Shown piece after piece: positions 49,683 through 59,520 of a stretch of DNA of 64,000 bases. A program made the position numbers and the translations under genes. The stretch is taken from NCBI GenBank assembly GCA_002269645.1, contig NIVC01000578.1:262549-326548 (forward strand), given 5' to 3'. The notes beneath the pieces are model-generated. The model had not been told where the DNA came from. It ran no database searches and saw nothing but the letters and a program-made list of their open reading frames with translations. The first letter of the stretch is position 1. Each line of letters starts with the position of its first letter. This DNA is from Macrostomum lignano. Its lineage: Eukaryota.

Positions 49683-49870
49683 TAGGGAATACAAAATCCC
49701 AAGTTTTGCTAATCCTAAGATTTTTGGGATCAGGATATCCCAGACTTAAAAATTCTAGGATTCTTGGGATCGGGATATCCTAGACCTTGCCAATCCTGGG
49801 ATCCTGGCACAAATTAATAATAAAGTAGAATAGAACAAAATATTCTGGGATCCTTGGATTGTATTCCCTA
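49683..49870. mobile_element. hAT-like MITE (188 bp)
   Basis: TAGGGAATACAA...TTGTATTCCCTA termini; internal GGGAT/ATCCC repeats; near-matching flanks CTAGTCAAA / TCAGTCAAA. Confidence 0.6.
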
Positions 49871-49892
49871 TCAGTCAAATAAGTTTGCTTGA

Positions 49893-52118
49893 TGTAACCG
49901 CCCTTGTCACCTGTCCGCTCCGTAGAGAGACGAACGCATGACTAGAGGGGGCAATGACCGTAGGCTGCCTATGACCGGGCAACGACCTGACGGACCTCCA
50001 GCACCAGACTGTCCCACCCACATGATTAGTAGCTTTTGGTAGCGCTTCGTGACCAGAGGGCCAAGGACCCACATGGACCCCACCTGTAGCCAAGGTGCAA
50101 TAGTTGGTCACTCGGTCATGGTATGACCGAGTGGCTGCCACCACTCTATGTGACCTGGCGCACCTGGATCTTTCTACCAGACCTCTTGAGGCTAGAGCCC
50201 CGCCTGGATTGGTTACCAGGGGATTTAGGCTAACAGGGGAGACGCATGCAGCCGAGTACAGGGACTCTGCTTGGGGCATGATCGGGAACTCTGGGCTCAA
50301 TCCTGGAGGATTTCTCAGCAGGGGATCCTTTGTGGCTGTGAGCGAGGCTGACTTGCGACTTTGATTACTAAGAGTAGTATGAGGCGAACATGTACTGTCT
50401 CTAGTTTAGATTGCTCAGGGCGAAGGGACGCGTCAGCATGGGGTTGCAACCTTCCTACTGCCATTCTGTGCCAAGACTCGCTAATCCCTCTACTGCACGC
50501 ACACGCGGCCCCGCAGCACGCACTCACAGGTGGGCTTTGCACGGGGAGAGGCCATTAGCTTACCCAAACTCCCTTATGCTTTGCCACCCCGGGAGAAAGG
50601 CTTAGCAAGCCATGAGTTAAATGATGGTGAAAGATGGAATAATGATGAAGTTAGTTAATAGTTAATAATTAGGCCCTTAGGCGAATAATCAGGCAATTAG
50701 GCGGCTTCACTATTGAGTAAAAATACAGCAAAAGATACGGTATCATAATTGGCTCAGCTCTCTAATCAGACAATGGAAAATAGGCAAACCCCGGATAAGC
50801 AAAGGCAATTAGAGCACAAATTAGTAACAGGAACTTACCGGCAGCTGCACAGAGAGAGAGAGAGAGAGGCGGAGTGACTGAGGGTGGCTGTAGGTTGCAG
50901 TCAGGCAGACAGTGAAGCGGCAATGCGCCGGAGCGGCGAGGCGCTGATGTAGATCAGGCGATGCTGATGATGCTGGGCAGTATCAGACCGCTGGCCGATA
51001 GGCGAGCTCGCTTGGGGAGCTAAGGATAACTTGGCGGTAACAGACCGCGGACCGGCAGGGATTCGTCTAATAGACGAATGGGTCAGAACTCAGTCTGACG
51101 GCAAGTCTAAAGAAAGACTAGGAGCCCGAAGGTGGGCAGAAGTTGCGGATTCTCATGCCGAAATCGCTTCCTTTTATAGACCTCACAGCCGCCTCCTCAA
51201 GGTCGTTACCATGGCTCCCTCTCTCTGATTGGCTGCCGGCAGAATGACGTCAGAATGAGTCATGATGAGAAGCATGAGACCGGCATAGCAACATGAGAAA
51301 TAGGGAAATTGCGCAATCCGGAGGTGGGGTGGGGGGATAATTGGCGCAGCGGGTGGTCGCGAAAGTGTTGCGCAAGCAAACATTGAGAACAATAGGGCTG
51401 GGGTCGAGAACAAAGGAATTGGAAATCGGGGATAATTAGGGAAAACTGAGAACAATGGAAAAGTAAACATTGGGGAAAAGGTGATAATTAGGTGCGAAAA
51501 CGAGAACAAAAGAAAGAGAAAATCGGAGAACATGTGATAATTGGTGGGGGTCGAGAGAACAGAAGAAGCAAAAACGAGAACAATAGAAGCGGAGGTGGGG
51601 TGGGTGTCGCATGAGAAATTTGGGGAGGAGAACAATGGCGTGAGAAAAGGTTGCGCAAGAGAGGGGGATGAGTCATCGATGAGTCACCGAGGGGGAGGGA
51701 GGGGTCACACGGCTTGCGTCACCGTTTGGGAGTTTGAGAGGGGATGGGGAGACGGTGAGCACACAACATACTGTAAGTAGACACAGAGAAAGAGGGGGGG
51801 CAGCGCAGGAAAAGAGTGCAGAGGGAGACAAAAAGAGGGGGGATAGGGAAAGTACAGGAAGAATAGGGCGGAAACCAGAAGAGGTAGGGTAGAGGGGGAG
51901 GTACAGAAAGGGGTAGGGGGCTCCGGAAAGGCAGGTGTGGCGGCAGGGGAGACGGGACCAAGGCAGTAGGAGGGGGGGGGGGGGCAGCAGAGCGGGAGTC
52001 TACAGGCCTGGGCGGAGACCTGGCCGAGTCTCGACAGCTCTGTGCAGAGGGTACACGGGATAGGAGGCACTTTCGAAAAAGTTCCCATGCCCTATCCCGC
52101 GACCAGAGCGTGGTTACA
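49893..52118 (-). mobile_element. Solo-LTR-like segment (2.2 kb), TGTAACC...GGTTACA
   Basis: TG...CA ends with a 7-bp inverted repeat (13 bp with one mismatch if the flanks are included); internal minus-strand promoter motifs; no coding region; no matching TSD. Confidence 0.5.
51171..51262 (-). promoter_or_regulatory. Pol II core promoter cassette inside the LTR-like segment
   Basis: TGAGTCA 51256-51262, TGACGTCA 51245-51252, CCAAT 51228-51232 (minus), GTTACCATGG 51205-51214, TATAAAAG 51171-51178 (minus); strong donor CCG|GTAAGT at 50839. Confidence 0.5.
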
Positions 52119-52660
52119 TCATGCTACTATTTAGCTGGCACTAATAAAATAAGCTTGTTACTATTTAGCTGCAGCGGTCCTCCACTACTGGTCAAATGAG
52201 CTCATCACTATTTAGCTGGCAGAAAGAGTAGAGAAGAGGGGAGAGTATAGAGAAGAGAGTGAAGCAAGATGAGAGGAGAATGGAAGGAAGAGAGTCGAGA
52301 GAGATGAGAAAAGAGATGAGAGAGCAGAGAAAAGAGATAATAGGAGATAGAAGAGATGAGAGGGAAGAGTAAAGAGGAGAGATGAGAGAGAAAAGACAAA
52401 GTAGAGAGGAGAGAGTAGAGATGAGAGTGCAGAGATGAGAGATGATATATGATAGATAAGAGAGTAGCAATAAGAGAGGTCAAGAGATAATAATTAATCA
52501 CTTGTCATTGCAACCGTCACAATCATCCTCTTTCATTGCTTTAATAATGTACTTGACCTGAGGGCAGCTCATTTATGGCCTCAGTAGACAGCGTGGAATT
52601 CTTTGGCTAGTTAGCATAAAGTAGAACATTTGTATCTATCTGCTATTCAATCATGCTTGG

Positions 52661-52816
52661 GCGCAACCTTGGGATTCACTCGGCCATTTCTATTGGCAAC
52701 ACACACATGTAAGTTGCTATTGGACGGAATAGTAGTCACGTGACTGCTCTCAGCCAATAGTGACTTACATGTGTGTGTTGCCAATAGAAACAGCCAGGTG
52801 ATTCCTAAGGTTGCGC
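52661..52816. repeat. 156-bp imperfect palindrome centred near AGTCACGTGACT
   Basis: About 63-bp arms (GCGCAACCTT...TATTGG and CCAATA...AAGGTTGCGC). Confidence 0.9.
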
Positions 52817-53019
52817 ATGTGTGTATTCAATGCTGACCTGCTAAAATTATTCATAACCTTGTGTCTACTATCAACATCTATTGCAGCTGTCACAATGTAT
52901 TGTAAACTAAAGAACATTGCATAGTTAACTCATCTTGGCAGTACTGTTACAGGCAACTGATAGTAAAGACTTGTTGGTTTGCTTTTCTGAAGCATCCATA
53001 GCTATAGCTATTCCAGCTA

Positions 53020-55591
53020 ATGCCAAGCATGTCAACATTTCAAGCAAATTCATTGCAGACTGTAGCGCAGAGTGCCAAGCATGTAGCACAGAAACCATCT
53101 GAAAAGACGGAAAGGCTGGTTAAAGATTGGTTAAAGGCCTCGCTACTCGATGAGTGTGATTTTTCCACTCCATTGACCATTAGCAAACCGAAGTCCTTCG
53201 ATCATCATGCCACCAAAGGACTGGCTTCGAAAAAAAGTGTAAGAGCTGGAAAGGTACTAAAAAAATCCAGGTCATCAATTCAAAAAAAGATTTGCTTAAC
53301 CAGAAGTTTTAAGCAACAATCCAAAAGGATGCAACTGGTGGACTTTAAACGTCAGCGTCAGTGTATAAATAAACAACGAGACTTAACGCGGTTAATCCAC
53401 CCAACTGCTAAATCAGGTCAAAGTCAACTAGCACGGGCACGGAGCCATTGTTCTGCATCAACTGTCCAAGCAAAGTTAAGCGCCCTGGATCCCATTGTAG
53501 CCGCTTCTTTCGATCCTGATGGAATACCAACAGTTGACCATGTTGGAAGGACTTCTTTGCACATTGCTATGGGGTCTTTGCACAAGTCAACACTGGAATT
53601 CACAATTGAAGTATTCAAAGAACGAAACATGCTGGCGTGTCGTGATAATGCTAATTTCACTCCGCTGCACATGGCTTGCTCCATTGGAAACTATGAAGCT
53701 GCAAAGCTATTGCTTAGAGCAGGTGCTTCACCAAATGAGTACGGGGGAGATAACAGTACAACTCCTCTTTACGAAGCCGTTTGCAAGGCACATCTAAATA
53801 TTGTAAAGCTTCTGGTTGAGTTCGGCACAGACATTGCAGCAAAGGACAAAGCCGGAAAATCTATTGTTGAAATTGAAACTTCCACCGAAGTCCGTGATTA
53901 TATTCGATGTGTGTTGGCTGATAATGCCACTGGTAGTGCTACTGAATCAGGGGCCTACACGCCTATAGTTGGCGAAAAAAGACTACCGACTATTTATGTT
54001 CTCAACTCAGTTAATTCGATGGATACCAGGCCTTTTATGTTACTTTCGGAGTTGTGCACTTCTTTGAATCTGTCAGAGAATTGCTTCAAACGAATTTATC
54101 AACAGAGCCTCGACTTCGTGACAATGGACAACAAATCAATCGCTAGTCGTATTATCAATCCATTTCTAAGAGACTCGTTTGAAAGATCTTCTGTCAGTGT
54201 CTCTAGCTGCCTGGTTGAAGTGAATTCATTTCTGAGAGATTTGCTTGGCAATACTAGCAAAAATTACGACTCTGGGTCTCAGGATATCGATGCGCCAGAG
54301 AAAGCGCAATCTTTCGACTCGGAAGAAACAGTCGAAATGGTCTTCAATAGTTTTCGCAGCGAGCACGAGATTGAAATGCGCTCGGACGACATGAAGCGTC
54401 TTAAATTCTCAATTCAGAACAATGAATCGCATGGAAACTCACATTCAGACATCCCGTCTCAAAATCACCTTGATAGCAGCACTTCAAAAACTATATTTCG
54501 ACACAACCCACTCAGTGGTCAAGTATTGCTACCTGGTTTTATCTCCGCCTCTTGCCACTCATCGACAGGTCATATTGATGCCTTGCCTAATGTTGACCTA
54601 GATCTGGACGCTGATGAGGAAATCAGAGTGCCACCTAAAGTCTTAAAATCCTCAAAGCAGAAGTCACATCCATTACTTTCTTCATCTAGCAGCAGAATAC
54701 CCGACGTAGTTGGCGCACCTAAGTCACTTGTATCTCTTGTGCCTGCTACTTCGCCTTGTGACTTGCTACTGCCTAACTCGTCTCTAACTCCGGAAAATGA
54801 CTCTGCTATGGTTCGACCGTCGGATGATATCTCTGCGTCTCTTAGTATGTAGTTTCTTTTAACTAATGGCTGTTTATAAAAAAGTATTCATATCATAAAA
54901 AACACATTTCTATTTGCTTGTTTGTAGCTCCGCATGTTATAGAAGCTGCAGATTTGTCAAGCAAGCAAGACGCCATTCCATTCGTTTTTACACGGGGCCA
55001 TTCATCATCAGCGTGCCGTGTTCAAGGTCAGTTGATACTGGCGTATTGTTGCCTCTATGAACATATTTGGAATATTGTCTAGTTTGGATCAGTGAAACTA
55101 ATTAAAATCCTAAAATCAACTCAGAAGTAAAGGCTCTAGTCTACACACTATAGTGTTCCATATATGATTAAATGAAAGTATTAAAATAAATATGTGCTCC
55201 GAAGTTCAGCTTCGTCTTTCATATTTTTAGAAGCAGCGCTTGCACCAGAGTCTATCCCAGGTTATCCTGATGACCAGTGTGTCCGCCAATCGACTTCTTA
55301 TATCAATTCAGGTATGAAAGCATTTTACACAAGTGCTATACGTGTAGCTATGCTTTAATAAAAGGTGCTTGAGCTGTGGGTAGGTTTCTACCCTCAGATG
55401 GCATTAAACTACTGACGCTGACATACCCACCGCTTCACCGCATGTCCATCCTAAAACTGTGCACAGCCTCGCCAGGCCACTGCAGAGGCTTGTCAAGATT
55501 CTTGCTCGGGATATTCTGCGGAGCCTCATCTTGGAGATGCTGCATAGAGTTGCTGCCATGTTGCTTGTCCAGGGAGGCCATTCTCGTTTAG
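53020..55591 (+). CDS. Ankyrin-repeat protein with a PUFD-like domain (BCOR/BCORL1-like architecture)
   Basis: Large exon 53020-54844 plus phase-1 exons 54928-55026, 55231-55311 and 55398-55591 (last exon frame less certain); AATAAA at about 55610. Three ANK repeats (GRTSLH, FTPLHMAC, TTPLYEAV) followed by RPFMLLSELCTSLNLSENCF...LVEVNSFLRDLLG, resembling BCOR [20 protein letters not shown]...LVEFTNEIQTLLG. ANK call is solid; PUFD call is from recall. Confidence 0.68.
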
Positions 55592-56248
55592 TATTCGAGT
55601 TTTTAAACGAATAAAACCTATCTTGATTCATTCACCCTCCCATATTTATTTGCTCTCGTATCTGACTAACCCAGTGGGAAATTCTGGTACGCCCAAGGGT
55701 GCGCAGACCGCGGCGCCCGGTGGCCTGTGGCCGGTAGCGGGGCGCACTCTTTGTCCAGTCGGGGCGCCGGCCTTATACCCGGCGCCCGGTGGACTGCCCA
55801 ATAAATTAAGGCAAGAATTGGTTTACTCTACTAACAGTAGTATGCAGGGCTTTTACTGATATATTTTGCTCTGGCAGCAGCCTAGCTTTCTGGTTGTTTC
55901 AAAATTGAATTTATTTCCAAATAATTTTCAGAGCCATCCGATTTTTTTAAGCAATTGTCTCTTCCATTATAAATTTAAACAACCTTGCTGCTACCTGCTT
56001 ACGAAGTTTGCCTTTTGTAAATTTTTTTGCAGTTCTTTAGAAAATTAGTTTGAGTCTATGAATGAAATCGAATAAGAAACTTGAATGTAATGAAATTTGA
56101 ATTTATTTAGCGAAGTTAAATGGAACTGATATTAAAACACAATATTAGAACGAAAAATAGTTAAGTTTTTGGCAACAAAGGTGTTGAAAGAATGTCAGTT
56201 TTAAAATCATTTTGACAGCATTTACTCGTAAAATACGTGCTCTCATAA

Positions 56249-59156
56249 TTAGAAGATTTTAAATTGTCCATCATCCAGCTCTCGCTGATCTTCGGACCAG
56301 TTTGATCCACTTGATTCGGTTTCGTCATCAGATTCGAGAGAGCAGTCAGTGCGGTAGTTGGTTTTTGACTTTGCTGAACGGGGGCGATGGTTGTTCCGCT
56401 TTCGAGGCTGAGAATCCAACTGAATACTCGCTCGCTTTCTGGATTGGGAGCTCGGCTTTGCTGTCGCCGCTGGCGGCACTTCTCCCGCTGATAGTCGCGA
56501 TGGTGTCTGTGACATTGGAAAGAAAACAAAAAATTACTGCATGCACATTTTATCTTACTGATAGTAGTATTTAATGCTTAGCAATCATAGTATTCATCGT
56601 TCATTATTCAGTTTAGATACGTTTTTACTCACTAGGGAAAAAGAAGATGAATGGCTGTGTCTTTGCACGGCGCTGCCAGAAGCGGGACTTTGAGTCGCTG
56701 CCACCAAAGACCGTCTTTGCACGGCGCTGCCAGAAGCGGGACTTTGAGTCGCTGCCACCAGAGATCGTCTTTGCACGGCGCTGCCAGAAGCGGGGCTTGG
56801 AGTCGCTGCCACCAGAGACTGTCTTTTTACGGCGCTGCCAGAAGCGGGGCTTGGAGTCGCTGCCACCAGAGACTGTCTTTGTACGGCGCTGCCAGAAGCG
56901 GGACTTTGAGTCGCTGCCACCAGAGACTGTCTTTGTACGGCGCTGCCAGAAGCGGGGCTTGGAGTCGCTGCCACCAGAGACTGTCTTTGTACGGCGCTGC
57001 CAGAAGCGGGGCTTGGAGTCGCTGCCACCAGAGACTGTCTTTGTACGGCGCTGCCAGAAGCGGGACTTTGAGTCGCTGCCACCAGAGACTGTCTTTGTAC
57101 GGCGCTGCCAGAAGCGGGGCTTGGAGTCGCTGCCACCAGAGACTGTCTTTGTACGGCGCTGTCAGAAGCGGGGCTTTGAGTCTGGACTCCGGAAAGCAGC
57201 TGGCTTCCTGTGCGATGCGACCGCCCCTTTAATCGGTCACCGCCATGCTTTAGCTGCTGTCTGCAAGTATTTCTTACAGATTGTTCAGAGGGCCTGCCGG
57301 CTTCAGCGGTCGCGCCATAGATGAATGTGATTGCTTCTGTTAGGAAAAAAGTTGAAAGTTACTATGAATAGCATGCACTGTGCTCGACTAATTTCTTGAT
57401 ATTTAGCTCTAAAAGTCTCATTGAACGTTGATTAAGTAGACTTACTTTGGAAATGGCTGAGCAGAGTGCTCTGAAATCCAAGCTGCGCATCAGTAAGGTT
57501 GGTCGCAACTCCAGCAGCAACAGCTCGGCTTCGCATGTCTGACCCGATTAAATTAATAACCGCCTGCATCTCTTTCGACAAGCTCTCGTTAAGCATTGCC
57601 ATTAAAGCATCGGACCACTTGTCTCGCTTGCATGAACGTAGCAGGCTCTTCTGTTTAGATTTTTACAGGTGAGAATACTTATAGATTATTATTTCAGTGA
57701 TAGTACTAGTGCGCTTTGAGTAGTAGTTAGAGCATTTCTTCTAATGAAAAGAAAATAAAAAACTCTGTCATGAACTTACCAAAGTAGAAATATGTTCATT
57801 TGGACTGGAAGCGAATTGCACATATTTTTCCCAGGAGTTGATCGGCCAGAATGAAGGCTCAGAATTATCAGTTGGAATGTCAGCGCCAACAGGTTCCAAA
57901 AAGCGTAGCACGCTCTGCACTTCAGTGCGCATTGCGGTGATTTGTTTGGTCAAACTATTTTCTAATGCTTTCAATTCATTCTTGCGCATAGTAAGTTCGC
58001 GTAGGGCATATAAGGACAGAAACTTGATGCCTCTTGGACTTTCCAGCTCAAAGCTAACACCGGCTTGGATCTGCTCTTCTAGTTTTCTAAGAAAGCCAGA
58101 ACCAAAATTAAAAGATGAAATGGTGGGAGGCGACTTAGGAATCGTCGATCGATCATCTGCTACGAACTCAGCTTCTATTTCAGCTTCCGCCTCAGCTTCC
58201 ACCTCAGCTCCCATCTCAGCTTCCACCTCAGCTTCCGCCTCAGCTTCCGCCTCAGCTCCCATCTCAGCTTCCACCTCAGCTCCGATCTCAGCTTCCACCT
58301 CATCTTCCGCTTCAGCTTCCGCCTCAGCTTCCACTTCAGCTTCCGCCTCAGCTTCCACTTCAGCTTCCGCCTCAGCTTCCGCCTCAGCTTCCATATCGGC
58401 GTCTACGCCAGCTTCTGCTTCATCATCACTAATAGGAGGCATTGGCGCTAACTGTGCAATCGTAGGCGGATGTTGTTTAGGCAGCAAAGCTGGAGGTTGC
58501 AAACAGCGGCTGCTCTTATCTTCGAAGATTGCCTCGGAATCGGTGGCTGAGCCGTCTGACAGATTCTGTTTGGGATGGTTACGGCATGAGAAATTATCAA
58601 GTTAATGTCAGTTTTAAAGATTATTTTCACATTTAATTTCTTCCCTTTTCTTAAAAAATAGTTTAAAAGGTAAAACGGAGAAAACAAAGTTCTCGATAAA
58701 AATTATATGGGCTGTGCTTAATTTTACCTTAGTCTGGTAATGCCTTCGTGCTTTCTTCATGTCACGCTCCTGAAAGACTCTGGGTTGAACCAACTCGAGA
58801 ATTCGGTTCAGTCGGGTCTTTTTGGCCACCAATTCACGCACAAAGCGGAAGCTCCCAGGCTCTAGGTTGTTGCTTAGTATTACCTTTAAATTAATGAGAA
58901 AATATGAGCGTACAAATATTAGATCGATTCAAGAATTTTAACATTTCAATCGTTGGGATCGGTTGCTTACCTGAATAATTAGAGCAGAGTAAAAACAGCC
59001 TTCATACAAGGCTTCACACTTCCACTTCTCAGTGGAGTCCCTCTTTTCTAACCATTCCTCTTCCTTAAGGTTTTGAAAGCCTTCAGGAAGCTTCACTTCG
59101 CTTTCCGAGACCTCAACAATTTGACGGTCGTCTTTAAAGATCACTAAAAACTTCAT
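56249..59156 (-). CDS. EnSpm-associated accessory gene with a DUF4806/BEN-like domain, acidic EAEAEV tract and 18-aa Ser/Thr-Pro repeats; 6 exons, about 764 aa
   Basis: Exons 59156-58971, 58883-58728, 58565-57780, 57650-57446, 57336-56633, 56506-56249; GT-AG with matching phases (0,0,0,1,0). WPINSWEKY...[13 protein letters not shown]...GFQSTLL...[18 protein letters not shown] follows the DUF4806/BEN pattern. Confidence 0.75.
56645..57180 (-). repeat. 54-bp coding minisatellite encoding AAT(P/Q)[14 protein letters not shown], about 10 copies
   Basis: In frame with exon 5 of the accessory gene. Confidence 0.9.
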
Positions 59157-59520
59157 TGTAGCATGCAGACTAGACTATGCTAGTGCAAAACTGAGTACCA
59201 AATAAAGCAAGAGTTTGGAGCTCACACTATAGTTTATGCTTATTTAATGATTCAGTGGTTTAGGTTGCTTCTAGAAGCAATTGTCTTCTATAGTTCTTCG
59301 AATGAAAAAGGCCGCCCTGGCTTTTCCAATTTCATTGGCCCTACCGTCCCCGCATCCATACCTGTCCAATCAGCGCGCACAAACCCCCAAAGGAATAGTT
59401 TTCAATTCTTCCCAGCTTTTGTTCATATCCTTTCTTTAATACGAAATAAGCAATCGTAGTAATTACTTTATTATTATTACAACAGTCAACTATCATCAAA
59501 GTCTGATTCGGACGAAAACA
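59157..59520. promoter_or_regulatory. Putative bidirectional promoter between the accessory gene and the transposase
   Basis: 364-bp head-to-head gap with CCAAT at 59326 and 59366 and ATTGG at 59334. Confidence 0.5.

Noticed and set aside
50839-50960. LTR-derived exon as the missing ATP6AP2 signal-peptide exon (phase-1 donor matches)
   Set aside because: No in-frame ATG or hydrophobic leader near the donor.
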